Of a stretch of DNA of 64,000 bases, positions 20,316 to 29,682 are shown piece after piece; position 1 is the first letter of the stretch; the number at the start of each line of letters is the position of its first letter. The DNA is from Bdellovibrionales bacterium (GTDB taxonomy: Bacteria; Bdellovibrionota; UBA1018; CAIMNF01). The stretch is from contig CANHQK010000002.1 in NCBI GenBank assembly GCA_947462765.1, forward strand, positions 38,099 through 102,098. Reading direction: 5' to 3'. Made by a program: the position numbers and the translations under genes. The notes beneath the pieces are model-generated. The model saw nothing but the letters and a program-made list of their open reading frames with translations. It searched no databases and had not been told where the DNA came from.

Positions 20316-20900
20316 TCAATCCAGACGCTTGAGCCAGATGTGGATATCGTGAGGCGCGGTTTCTTGTCCGCCGAAGTAAGGGTAGAGTTTGAATCCCTGC
20401 ATTTTGTTTTTTGAGCAGTTCCGGTTCATGACGACCCGCTTGCCTTTGTAATAAAAAGCGTACTTCCCGCCCTCGAGGGCGATCGTTCCTTCCGAAACCT
20501 CTCCCGGGTGAGTGGTTCCCAGGTCTTGAAATGAGTGATTCCCTTTGTGATCCACAAAGGCGAGGATCTCGATTTTTGCCGTACTCGGGTTCCAGCGCCA
20601 ACCGAAGCGGGCGCTGTTTTGTTGGGGGTCGAGGGCATTGCAATCGGTGAATCCGAAGAGTTTGTTCACGTCGAACTGGTTCTCTGGGCTTTGGGACTGA
20701 TAAATGGCGCCATCATCTAGCTTGAAGCTCACTTTCAGAGACTTCCCCTTGAAGTAACCGAGGTGAACACCGCTGCTGTGCTTGCCCTTTTTGATTTTAT
20801 AGGTCTTTCCCTGCTTGCAATAAGCCTGACTTTCCGAGGGAGTGAAGAGCAGGCAGATCGATGCCAGAAGGAGGGGGAGTGAGAAAAAGGAGCCTTGCAT
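20316..20900 (-). CDS. Hypothetical secreted protein
   Basis: Signal peptide 'MQGSFFSLPLLLASICLLFTPSESQA'; no recognised domain; convergent with the helicase gene. Confidence 0.5.
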   Translation of the reverse strand: MQGSFFSLPLLLASICLLFTPSESQAYCKQGKTYKIKKGKHSSGVHLGYFKGKSLKVSFKLDDGAIYQSQSPENQFDVNKLFGFTDCNALDPQQNSARFGWRWNPSTAKIEILAFVDHKGNHSFQDLGTTHPGEVSEGTIALEGGKYAFYYKGKRVVMNRNCSKNKMQGFKLYPYFGGQETAPHDIHIWLKRLD

Positions 20901-20998
20901 ACCCGACCAGGTTCGCAAGCTTCATGCCTTGGAAAACCTCAAGGATTTCAGCAGGGGAGTGTCGGGAGGGTGTCTAAACTTTAGACGGTGGACAGGGT

Positions 20999-21316
20999 TC
21001 AACGCTCGACGGGGTAACCGGCATCTTGCCAGTCGGGGAATCCGCCTTCGTCCACGCACACCAGGTTTTTGAGACCCTGGATCTCGAGCATCTGGCAGGC
21101 CATTTGGGCCCGGGCTCCTGCCCGGCAGTAGATGTAAACGGTTTGGAACGGACGGAGTTCCTCATGGTGCTTCATGACCACGTCTACCGGGATGTTGCGG
21201 GCTCCGGGGATGCGCCCCTCCGAGAATTCGCCCGGGGTTCGAACATCGAGAACCAGGGTGTTCGGAGTGGGAGATTGCAGGGTGGAATGAAGCTCGGGAA
21301 CGGTCATGAATTGCAT
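20999..21316 (-). CDS. Single-domain rhodanese-like sulfurtransferase
   Basis: 'LVLDVRTPGEFSEGRIPGARNIP' and active-site loop 'IYCRAGARA'. Confidence 0.8.
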   Translation of the reverse strand: MQFMTVPELHSTLQSPTPNTLVLDVRTPGEFSEGRIPGARNIPVDVVMKHHEELRPFQTVYIYCRAGARAQMACQMLEIQGLKNLVCVDEGGFPDWQDAGYPVER

Positions 21317-21400
21317 AACCTGATCTCTACCTCGTGACACGCTGCGCACTCAAGGAAAGGGGTCGTCAGGGGGGTGTTTTTGTGGCAATTCTAGGGACTT

Positions 21401-21703
21401 ATGATCGAAGTCAATGAAGCCTTGATCCGGAAAGTGGCGGAGCTCTCCCGCCTGGAACTCAATGATGCCGAAATCGCCGAATACGTGAAGTCGATTGGTG
21501 ACATTCTGAAGCACGTGGACCAGCTCTCGCAGGTGAATACCGAAGGGGTGGAGCCGATGGTGTACGGAGTGGATGAGGTCCTGCGCCTTCGTCCCGATCA
21601 GGCCGAAGATTTCGGCAAGGATGCCCAAGGGCATCCGAAGGTGCTCTCCTGCGCCCCTGAAGTCATGTACGACGGGTTCAAAGTTCCACAAATCATCGGC
21701 TAG
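21401..21703 (+). CDS. gatC: Asp-tRNA(Asn)/Glu-tRNA(Gln) amidotransferase subunit C
   Basis: ~95-100 aa; 'VAELSRLEL...ILKHVDQL...EGVEP' typical of GatC; directly upstream of gatA/gatB. Confidence 0.85.
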   Translation: MIEVNEALIRKVAELSRLELNDAEIAEYVKSIGDILKHVDQLSQVNTEGVEPMVYGVDEVLRLRPDQAEDFGKDAQGHPKVLSCAPEVMYDGFKVPQIIG

Positions 21704-21714
21704 ACGAGGCAAGC

Positions 21715-23193
21715 ATGCAAACCTACAAGACCATCCGCGAGATTCACGATGCCTTCGACAGTGGAAAGGCCAGTCCTCTGTCGCTCACGCAGGATTATTT
21801 CAAACAGATCGAATCGAGCCAGCACCACGCCTGGATCACACTTTGTAAAGATCGGGCACTCAAGCAGGCCGAGAGTCTGACCCAGGATTTGAAGAGCAAG
21901 CACGGGGGCAAAGTGCCGCGTTCGTCGCATCCCTTGTACGGGATTCCTCTCGGGATCAAAGACGTCCTGACCATGGACGGTGTTCGCACCACCGCAGCAT
22001 CCAAAATGCTCGACACCTATGTGGCGCCCTACACGGCCACCGCTGTGGATCGTCTCGAGCGTGCGGGAGGGATCTCGCTCGGTAAACTCAATCTCGACGA
22101 GTTCGCCATGGGGAGTTCGAACGAGAACTCCGCCTACGGCAATGTTTTGCACCCGACTCATCCGGATCGCGTTCCCGGTGGCTCGAGCGGTGGATCGGGA
22201 ACTGCGGTTGCGGCAGGTCAGTGCGTCGCCGCCCTCGGCACCGATACGGGTGGATCGATCCGTCTGCCGGCATCTTTTTGCGGAATCGTCGGGATGAAGC
22301 CCACCTACGGCCGCATCTCCCGGTACGGACAAATCGCATTTGCTTCCTCTTTGGACCAAATCGGTCCCATGACCCGCTCTGTGGAAGACGCAGCCCTGCT
22401 GTGCCAAGTGATGGCAGGCCTCGATCCGCGTGATTCGACCACCTCTTCCGAGCCTGTCGGAGACTGGGTGAAAGTGGTCCGCGAAACTGCGGCCGCACCC
22501 ACAGCCCGAGGACTGAAGGTGGGAGTGCCCAAGGAATACTTCATTGACGGGATTGATGCGGAAGTCCGCTCCGCCGTTGAGGGCATGATCGCAAAATTGA
22601 AGGAGCAGGGAGCGGAAATTGTTCCGGTCAGCTTGCCGCACACCGAGTTCGCAGTGGCCACCTACTATGTCGTGGCGGTGAGTGAGGCTTCGTCCAACCT
22701 TTCCCGTTACGACGGAGTCCGCTTCGGAGTCCGCCCCAAGGAGGCGATGGAGGCCGGATCTCCCGCCGAGTTCTACAAGAAAGTCCGCGCCAATTTCGGA
22801 GCCGAGGTCAAGCGGCGGATCATCCTCGGAACCTTCGCGCTTTCGAGCGGGTATTACGACGCCTATTATCGTAAAGCCGGGCAGGTCCGCAGGCTCATGC
22901 GTCAGGATTTCGAGAACGCTTTCAAACAAGTCGATGTGATCGTTTCTCCGGTCGCTCCGACCACGGCCTTCAAGATCGGAGAGAAAGCCAAGAATCCGCT
23001 TCAGATGTACCTCACGGACATCTTCACCATTCCGGCTTCGATGGCCGGACTTCCGGCCATGAGTGTGCCGGTCGGTCAGGATCATCAGGGGCTTTCGATC
23101 GGGATGCACCTGATCGCACCGCGGTTCCAGGAGGAGAAACTCCTGAAGGCCGCGACCGTAGTCGAAGCGATTGCAGAAAGGAAAGGATCATGA
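21715..23193 (+). CDS. gatA: Asp-tRNA(Asn)/Glu-tRNA(Gln) amidotransferase subunit A (amidase)
   Basis: Amidase signature 'GGSSGGSGTAVAAGQCVAALGTDTGGSIRLPASFCGIVGMKPTYGRISRYG'. Confidence 0.9.
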   Translation: MQTYKTIREIHDAFDSGKASPLSLTQDYFKQIESSQHHAWITLCKDRALKQAESLTQDLKSKHGGKVPRSSHPLYGIPLGIKDVLTMDGVRTTAASKMLDTYVAPYTATAVDRLERAGGISLGKLNLDEFAMGSSNENSAYGNVLHPTHPDRVPGGSSGGSGTAVAAGQCVAALGTDTGGSIRLPASFCGIVGMKPTYGRISRYGQIAFASSLDQIGPMTRSVEDAALLCQVMAGLDPRDSTTSSEPVGDWVKVVRETAAAPTARGLKVGVPKEYFIDGIDAEVRSAVEGMIAKLKEQGAEIVPVSLPHTEFAVATYYVVAVSEASSNLSRYDGVRFGVRPKEAMEAGSPAEFYKKVRANFGAEVKRRIILGTFALSSGYYDAYYRKAGQVRRLMRQDFENAFKQVDVIVSPVAPTTAFKIGEKAKNPLQMYLTDIFTIPASMAGLPAMSVPVGQDHQGLSIGMHLIAPRFQEEKLLKAATVVEAIAERKGS

Positions 23194-24689
23194 GCATCAC
23201 TCATCTGGGAATTCCCGTCGATGCCAATACCGAGTTCGAGACTGTGATCGGTCTTGAGGTGCACGTCCAGCTCTCGACCGAGTCGAAGGTCTTTTCTCCG
23301 GCCCGTTCCCGCCTCGAAGAGGGCAAGTCGGTGGCCGATGAGGCCGTCAACGCCAACACCAACCCGGTCTGCGCCGGGCACCCGGGAACACTCCCGGCCT
23401 TGAATCAGAAGGCGGTCGAGTACGCCATCAAGGCGGGTTTGGCGACCCATTGCAAAATCAATCTGAAGAGCGTCTTTGCACGTAAACATTACTTTTATCC
23501 GGATCTACCGAAGGGGTACCAGATCTCCCAGTTCGACTTGCCGCTCTGCCAGCATGGCCATCTGGACATCGAGCTCGGCAAAGAGGGTGAAGTGACGAAA
23601 CGGGTGGGGATCACCCGGATTCACATGGAAGAGGACGCCGGCAAGAACGTGCACCTCTCCGGATTCAGTCTCGTGAATCTGAACCGGGCCGGGGTTCCGC
23701 TCATCGAAGTGGTTAGCGAGCCCGACATGCGGACAGCCGAAGAAGCGGGAGCCTACCTCCGTAAGTTGTATTCGATCGTGACCTGCCTCGGCGTTTGCGA
23801 CGGTAACCTTCAAGAAGGGAACTTCCGTTGTGACGCCAACGTGTCGATCCGCCCGAAGGGGGCGACCGGGTTCGGGACGCGTGCCGAAATCAAAAATGTG
23901 AACTCGTTCCGGTTTGTCGAAAAGGCGATCGAGTACGAAGTGGAACGTCAGCGGCAGGTGATCCTCTCGGGGGACAAGGTGGTTCAGGAAACCCGTTTGT
24001 ATGATTCGCAGAAGAATCAGACTTTCTCGATGCGCACCAAAGAAGAAGCCGAGGACTACCGTTATTTCCCGGATCCGGATCTTCCTCCCCTGGTGATCGA
24101 GCAGTCCCAGGTGGACGCGCTTCGTGCGGCATTGCCAGAGCTTCCCGATCAAATGAGAGACCGCTATGTGAAGGATTTCGGACTTTCCCGTTATGATGCG
24201 GGAGTCTTGACCTCAGTCTCTTCGTTGAGCCGGTTCTTCGAAGCGGCCGTGGCCGGAGCGGGCGCCTCTCTGGCAAAGGGTCTTGCCAATTTGCTCACGG
24301 GTGAGGCGGCGCGCCTGCTGAATGACGCCGGAATCGAGATCGGAGCTTCGAAATTCGTACCGGAGCATTTCTCCGATTTGGCGCGTTTTGTTGGCGATAA
24401 AACCATTTCGGTGACTGCGGCAAAGCAGATCATCGCCATCCTCTTTGCCGAAGGCGGATCTGTCAGTGCCATCATCGATCGTGAAGGCTTGAAGCAGGTG
24501 AGTGACCTCTCGGCGCTCGAGCCCGTCATCGATCAGATTCTGGCTGCGAATCCGAAGCAGCTCGAAGAGTTCCGCTCCGGAAAAGAAAAATTGCTCGGAT
24601 TTTTTGTCGGCCAGGCCATGAAAGCCACTCAGGGCAAGGCCAACCCGGGATTGTTGCAGGAAATGGTCCTCAAAAAACTGAAAGGCTGA
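23190..24689 (+). CDS. gatB: Asp-tRNA(Asn)/Glu-tRNA(Gln) amidotransferase subunit B
   Basis: 'FETVIGLEVHVQLST', 'YQISQFDLPLC', C-terminal GatB/YqeY domain; ATGA overlap with gatA. Confidence 0.9.
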   Translation: MSITHLGIPVDANTEFETVIGLEVHVQLSTESKVFSPARSRLEEGKSVADEAVNANTNPVCAGHPGTLPALNQKAVEYAIKAGLATHCKINLKSVFARKHYFYPDLPKGYQISQFDLPLCQHGHLDIELGKEGEVTKRVGITRIHMEEDAGKNVHLSGFSLVNLNRAGVPLIEVVSEPDMRTAEEAGAYLRKLYSIVTCLGVCDGNLQEGNFRCDANVSIRPKGATGFGTRAEIKNVNSFRFVEKAIEYEVERQRQVILSGDKVVQETRLYDSQKNQTFSMRTKEEAEDYRYFPDPDLPPLVIEQSQVDALRAALPELPDQMRDRYVKDFGLSRYDAGVLTSVSSLSRFFEAAVAGAGASLAKGLANLLTGEAARLLNDAGIEIGASKFVPEHFSDLARFVGDKTISVTAAKQIIAILFAEGGSVSAIIDREGLKQVSDLSALEPVIDQILAANPKQLEEFRSGKEKLLGFFVGQAMKATQGKANPGLLQEMVLKKLKG

Positions 24690-24694
24690 ATCTC

Positions 24695-27064
24695 ATGAAG
24701 GCGTTGTTGAAATGGATCGGAATCGGATCCGGACTCCTGGTGGGGGGGCTCGCGATTGTACCCTCTTTCATCCGCGTGGATCAGTTCCGACCTGAGATCG
24801 TCAAGGCGGTCAATCAGGAGCTGAACGGAACCCTCGAGCTCGGAAAACTCGATCTCAGTCTCTGGGGTCGTGTCCGGATTGCGATCGACGGACTGAAGGT
24901 GACCGATCTTGCCAAAAAAGAGGTTCTCTCGGTGAAGGATGCCTCTTTTGAAATCCCTTTCACTTCCTTGTTTGCCGGAAGCCCTTCCATCACCTTTCAA
25001 ATGAAGGAACCCACCATTCAGGTGGTGAAAGACACCGCAGGGAAGATCAACCTGCTCTCACTTCCGAAGGGGCTCAAAATCACCGAGGGATCGATGCCTG
25101 TCTCTCAGGCTCAAGCGACCCCGTCTCCTGCCGCTCCATCCGAATCGGTGAAGCTCCCGGCCCTGGTGTTGAATGCCCGCTTCGGACTTTCGATCATCGA
25201 TGCGAAGCTCACCTACCTTGACCAAAAAACCTCTCTATCGAATACGGTCGAACATCTGAATGTCCGGGTCCGGGACCTGTCTTTGTCCCGTAAGACCGAA
25301 ATCGAGCTCTGGGCTGACCTGAAAACGAAGATGCAGGACCTTGTGGTGGACGGACCGCTCAAGCTCACGGCCGAGCTCACGCCGGATGCCCGTGAGGGCG
25401 GGATTCAGGGTGGGGCTTTCAAGTTCGCATTTTCAGCCGATGACCTCGTGGTCGAAAAAGGCACTCTCTTCAAGAAGGCCAAGGGCGTCCCGGCTCGCTT
25501 TGCAGCGAGCTTGTCCATGGATGCCACGCAGTTCAAGATTCAGGAATCTTCGCTCCGGTTTCACAATGCCGAGGTCAGTCTGAGTGGAAAATTCGAGAAA
25601 TTGGGTGCATTCGATCTCAAATTCGATGCTAAGCCAGTGGATCTCAAGCCTTGGTCCGAGTTGATCCCGATGCTGAAGGAATATGAGCTCGAGGGAAAAC
25701 TCGGGCTCTCGGGCGGTGCCGGTGGACGCCTCGAAACCATAGGCTATCATGCAAAAGTGTCGGTCGACGGTCTTTCGGCAAAAGGTCCGAACCTGAAAGC
25801 CAAACCGGTCATTGACGGAAAAATCGATATTGCCACCGATCGGATCGAGAAGTTCCAGTTCAGTCTGAAGGGTCCCGGTAACGAAGTCTCGCTCGAGGGA
25901 CGCCTGCTGGGGTTCCTGAAACCCCAGATCACGTTTTCAGTCACTTCCACCAAGGGCATGGACCTCGATCAGTGGATTGAATTCCCGAAACCCGTCAATG
26001 ATCCTAAAGCTCAAGTAAGCGCGGGTGGCGCCCAAGCTCCTGCCAAGGGATCACCCGAGCAGGATCTCGATGCGCTACTGAACCCTTTACGGGCCAACGA
26101 GATCGCAAAGGCAACCGGTGTCGACGGGACGGTGTCCTTGTCGTTTGTGAAGGCCAAGGGGGTCCGGATCGACGATTTAGGGTGTAGGGTGCAGATGAAG
26201 AATCTGGCTCTTCAGATGAGCGCAATCCGGATGAAGATTTTCGGCGGCTCTCTGAATGGCAGCTTCTCGCTCGACATGCTTCCCGCCGAGCCGAGATATT
26301 CGATGAAGTTCGCTCTGAAGGATTTTGATATGCAAAAAGCAGTCGAGTCCCAGTTCGCAGCGCTGAAAAACACGCTCGTGGGTAAGTTGAGCGCATCCCT
26401 CGAGGGGATTGGGGCGAGCTTCAATACCCTTCCGGCCAAGAAGAAGCTCCAACTCAAAGGTGAATTCAAAGTGGTGGATGGTGCTTTCCAAACCATGGAT
26501 ATCGCAAAAATGGCCAATGAGGCTCTTCAGGGATCGATCAGTAAAATCGCCGAGAAGGTTCCCGCCTTGAAAGGTCAGAACCTCCAGATCGGGACCCGTG
26601 CCGATTCCCGCTATGAGTCGATCAGCGGGCATTTTTCGATCTCGGGTGGGATGCTGGATGCCCCCGACTTTTTTGCCAAGGCAGCGCCCAAGCGCGGGAT
26701 TGATCTCAAGGGTTCGACCAAGATGGGGCTCATTGACGAATCGATCGACGCCAAGTGGGAACTGATCGACACTCACCACGTCACTGGAGCTGACCAGATC
26801 AAGGTGAATATCGCTGGCAAGACCATTGTGAATGTCCTGGCTAAAGGCGAAAAAGACCCGCTCATTCTTCCAGTGACCGTCGGTTGCAAGTGGAGTGCTC
26901 CCTGCGTGAGCTACACCCAGGTGCCGGAGTATCTGGCAGGAGTCGCCCTCGCTCGGGTTGGGAAAGGGGCGGAGGAAGCCGCCAAGGACAAGGTGAAAGA
27001 AGCCGTCAAAGGCGCCGTTCAACAAGGTGTGGGCAAGGCCTTGAAGGGCCTGTTCGGACGCTGA
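24695..27064 (+). CDS. AsmA-family outer-membrane assembly protein
   Basis: N-terminal TM anchor 'LKWIGIGSGLLVGGLAIV', long beta-rich repeat body, ~790 aa. Confidence 0.65.
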   Translation: MKALLKWIGIGSGLLVGGLAIVPSFIRVDQFRPEIVKAVNQELNGTLELGKLDLSLWGRVRIAIDGLKVTDLAKKEVLSVKDASFEIPFTSLFAGSPSITFQMKEPTIQVVKDTAGKINLLSLPKGLKITEGSMPVSQAQATPSPAAPSESVKLPALVLNARFGLSIIDAKLTYLDQKTSLSNTVEHLNVRVRDLSLSRKTEIELWADLKTKMQDLVVDGPLKLTAELTPDAREGGIQGGAFKFAFSADDLVVEKGTLFKKAKGVPARFAASLSMDATQFKIQESSLRFHNAEVSLSGKFEKLGAFDLKFDAKPVDLKPWSELIPMLKEYELEGKLGLSGGAGGRLETIGYHAKVSVDGLSAKGPNLKAKPVIDGKIDIATDRIEKFQFSLKGPGNEVSLEGRLLGFLKPQITFSVTSTKGMDLDQWIEFPKPVNDPKAQVSAGGAQAPAKGSPEQDLDALLNPLRANEIAKATGVDGTVSLSFVKAKGVRIDDLGCRVQMKNLALQMSAIRMKIFGGSLNGSFSLDMLPAEPRYSMKFALKDFDMQKAVESQFAALKNTLVGKLSASLEGIGASFNTLPAKKKLQLKGEFKVVDGAFQTMDIAKMANEALQGSISKIAEKVPALKGQNLQIGTRADSRYESISGHFSISGGMLDAPDFFAKAAPKRGIDLKGSTKMGLIDESIDAKWELIDTHHVTGADQIKVNIAGKTIVNVLAKGEKDPLILPVTVGCKWSAPCVSYTQVPEYLAGVALARVGKGAEEAAKDKVKEAVKGAVQQGVGKALKGLFGR

Positions 27065-27073
27065 GAGGATTTC

Positions 27074-27964
27074 ATGATTCGCGCATCGATCGATCTCGGA
27101 ACGAATACCTGTCTCCTGCTGGTGATCAAGGGTGATCGGGTCCTGCACGATGAATCCCGGGTGGTCCGTCTCGGCCAAGACGTGGCACGGACCGGCCGTT
27201 TGCATCCGGAAGCCATGGAGAGAGCGCGTGCTTGCCTTCAGGACTACGTCAGAATCGCAGAGCGGCTCGGGGTTTCGGCCGGAGCGATTCTCGCTGTGGC
27301 CACCGCGCAGGCGCGTGATGCATCGGATGCGAAGCCATTCTTCGATGGCCTCGAAACCGAGTTCGGCCTCCGTTTCCGGATTCTTTCGGGCCAGGAGGAG
27401 GCCCGCGCTACGTTCTTGGGTGCCGCTTTGACCGGCTCCGATCCCTCAAAAATGGTCGTGATGGACATCGGCGGTGGGAGCACGGAGTTGGTCGCCCACG
27501 CCGGGGGCGAGAGTCTCCCCATCGGCGCCGTCAAGATCACCGAGAAATTCCTGCATTCCGATCCCGTGACTGATAACGAGTTTTGGGCCGCTGAGGATGC
27601 GATCGATCGTGAGCTTTTGAGAATGAAGCCCTGGCGCGAAGGTCTTCAGTCGGTCGGTGGCGCCGAGTTCACTGCAGTGGCCGGGACGGCTGTCACTTTA
27701 GCCATGCTTCAGATGGGTTTGACCGAATTCAAAGCCAGCGATATCGACGGATTTTTCATCACCCGGGGCGATGCCCACCGTCTGGTCGAGGAGCTCAAGT
27801 GGCGGACAGTTGAGGAGCGGAAGGCTATGCCCGGCATGGAACCGAAGCGCGCGGACGTGATCCTGGCTGGAGCTTTGATCTTCTGGCGCGTGATGGAAGT
27901 GCTCGACTTCCCGGTCGCACGGATTTCAACCCGGGGGCTCAGGTACGGGGTATTTTCGATTTAG
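27074..27964 (+). CDS. Ppx/GppA-family phosphatase (exopolyphosphatase / pppGpp phosphohydrolase), N-terminal actin-like domain only
   Basis: 'ASIDLGTNTCLLLV', 'RILSGQEEARATFLGA', 'VMDIGGGSTEL' ASKHA-fold motifs; 296 aa. Confidence 0.8.
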   Translation: MIRASIDLGTNTCLLLVIKGDRVLHDESRVVRLGQDVARTGRLHPEAMERARACLQDYVRIAERLGVSAGAILAVATAQARDASDAKPFFDGLETEFGLRFRILSGQEEARATFLGAALTGSDPSKMVVMDIGGGSTELVAHAGGESLPIGAVKITEKFLHSDPVTDNEFWAAEDAIDRELLRMKPWREGLQSVGGAEFTAVAGTAVTLAMLQMGLTEFKASDIDGFFITRGDAHRLVEELKWRTVEERKAMPGMEPKRADVILAGALIFWRVMEVLDFPVARISTRGLRYGVFSI

Positions 27965-28170
27965 CGCAGAACGCGCAGGATCTGCTGGGCCAATTGTGGA
28001 TTTCGGGCGTGGATCCGTTTCAGCATCGACTGGCGGAAGGCTGGGTCCGCATGACGGAGCATCTGGACCACCTGTTCAAGCCCGTTGATCTTGACCCCTT
28101 CCTCGGGTGGGGTGATGTCCTGCCGGCGTGTGGATTCCATCTGTTCAAACGAAGGGTACTTCTGGTTCAT
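27961..28170 (-). CDS. Hypothetical small protein (69 aa)
   Basis: Translationally coupled (ATGA) with the upstream coiled-coil ORF; no recognised domain. Confidence 0.45.
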   Translation of the reverse strand: MNQKYPSFEQMESTRRQDITPPEEGVKINGLEQVVQMLRHADPAFRQSMLKRIHARNPQLAQQILRVLR

Positions 28171-28625
28171 ACGCTTTTGCTCCTTTGTGCTTTCCGGGCC
28201 GATTCTTTCTCAAATTGTTTTTCGAGTTCTTCAGAGGCTTTCTTGTAATACGACTGGAGCCGGGAAATCTGCTCGTCACCGATCCGCTTTTCTTGCTCGA
28301 CCCGGCGTTGGTATTGGGTGTGAATCTTGTCGGCTTCCCGTTCTCCTTGTTCGCGCGATTCCTGGATCAGGGTCTGGTTGCGCTCGCGGATCAACGCCAG
28401 CTTGCGATCGAGAGACTCGGCCTCCTGTGAAATGCGGACATCGTAGTCTTTTCGCATCTGTTGGACTTGCTGATCCTGGTTCTGGACCATGCCGGCGAGT
28501 CGGTCGCGGTGGCCTTCTTCTTTGTCCTTCACGGTCGCTTCCTGATCCCGCTCGAGCTGGGTCAGATACGCCCGGTACCGGATTTCATCGACGCCATTTC
28601 CGGCTCCATTCATGGAACTTGCCAT
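28167..28625 (-). CDS. Hypothetical coiled-coil protein (E/Q/R-rich)
   Basis: 152 aa, strongly charged heptad-like composition; divergent from zapA. Confidence 0.5.
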   Translation of the reverse strand: MASSMNGAGNGVDEIRYRAYLTQLERDQEATVKDKEEGHRDRLAGMVQNQDQQVQQMRKDYDVRISQEAESLDRKLALIRERNQTLIQESREQGEREADKIHTQYQRRVEQEKRIGDEQISRLQSYYKKASEELEKQFEKESARKAQRSKSV

Positions 28626-28688
28626 ACGGCCTCCCGCCAGCGCGACTTCGTGTCCCGCGTTCCTTCATTTTCGCGCTGTGAAAAGCGC

Positions 28689-28716
28689 TTCACAATCGGC
28701 AAAAAATGCCTATACT
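28689..28716 (+). promoter_or_regulatory. Possible sigma-70-like promoter for zapA (TTCACA-16-TATACT)
   Basis: TTCACA 28689-28694, TATACT 28711-28716; overlaps the annotated ATG 28706, which would imply a downstream TTG start (28742, RBS AGAGGGAG). Confidence 0.3.
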
Positions 28717-29023
28717 TCGAGAAAGAGGGAGCGTCAAAGTTTTGGAGACACGGGAATTCTCGATTTTGGGACAAAAGCTGGTGATTGCCGATCCGGATCA
28801 AGCCGAACTGGCGTCCCATGCCATCCAGATTGTGAACGCGAAAGTCGAAGAAATCCGCTCTCAAAAGCCACTCTGGGGACCCAATCAGATTTCCGTACTG
28901 GCCCTCCTTGAAATCGCCGGCAATCTGGTTCGCGAGAGAAAGTCGATCGATGCCTACCGTGAGGAGCTCGATCGCCGGTGTTCCGATCTCATGGGCGAAT
29001 TGTCCCGCCTTCCCCCTGCATGA
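28706..29023 (+). CDS. zapA: Cell division protein ZapA
   Basis: ~100 aa; 'EFSILGQKLVIADPDQAELASHAIQIVNAKVEEI' fits the ZapA family; followed by a 5-formyl-THF cyclo-ligase gene as in the E. coli zapA-ssrS-ygfA locus; true start may be TTG at 28742. Confidence 0.75.
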   Translation: MPILRERGSVKVLETREFSILGQKLVIADPDQAELASHAIQIVNAKVEEIRSQKPLWGPNQISVLALLEIAGNLVRERKSIDAYREELDRRCSDLMGELSRLPPA

Positions 29024-29679
29024 GGGGCTCGGTTGCTACGGAAAAGAAAAGGCTGAGAGGCGAGTTTGATCGTCTTCTCGGTCAGAAGGATTTTTTCGAT
29101 CTCATCGGGCGCTCTGCAACGCTTCGGAGTCACTTCGAGAGTTTCATCCAGGAGATCGCCACGCCCCTCGCAGGGCGGTGTCTCGTGAGCTTCATCCCGT
29201 TCTCCACCGAACCGCAGGTTCAGGTCGAGAGGGAGTCCCAGGACGAGCCCTACCGGGTGGCCTACGTCCGGATCGAGGACTGGCCCTCCCGTTCCATGAG
29301 TGCCCGCCAGGCCCGGCGTGATCTACCGGGACAATGGGAGGATATCGAGATTCCCGGCGGAAAACGCATTTTTCAGCCCATGGATGCGCAGCCTCGCTGT
29401 GCGCTCGAACAAGTGGGTGTTGTTCTGGTCCCCGGTCTGGCGTTCGCTCGGAACGGGGCGCGGCTTGGACGGGGTGCCGGGTTTTACGATCGTTTTCTGA
29501 TCGAGCATTCACACGCCCTTCGAGTCGGGGTCGCCTTTTCGGATCAGGTCCTCGATTCGCTTCCCGAGGATCCCCATGACCAGCGCATGGACATCCTTTT
29601 GACGGATGCGGGAGTGGTTCGAATGAATTCCTATGGAGAGTGGGAAAAGCACGGTATCATCCAATCAAGGGCCACCTGA
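29020..29679 (+). CDS. 5-formyltetrahydrofolate cyclo-ligase (MTHFS/YgfA family)
   Basis: 'VLVPGLAFARNGARLGRGAGFYDRFL' conserved C-terminal motif; ATG overlaps the zapA stop (ATGA). Confidence 0.8.
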   Translation: MRGSVATEKKRLRGEFDRLLGQKDFFDLIGRSATLRSHFESFIQEIATPLAGRCLVSFIPFSTEPQVQVERESQDEPYRVAYVRIEDWPSRSMSARQARRDLPGQWEDIEIPGGKRIFQPMDAQPRCALEQVGVVLVPGLAFARNGARLGRGAGFYDRFLIEHSHALRVGVAFSDQVLDSLPEDPHDQRMDILLTDAGVVRMNSYGEWEKHGIIQSRAT

Positions 29680-29682
29680 AAC

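Noticed and set aside
21350-21712. 120-aa ORF on the minus strand covering gatC
   Set aside because: It is entirely antisense to gatC, which has clear family signatures and operon context.
28626-28705. 6S RNA (ssrS) expected near zapA/ygfA
   Set aside because: Only 80 nt of non-coding DNA lie upstream of zapA, and zapA overlaps the 5-FCL gene. No about-180-nt slot is available.
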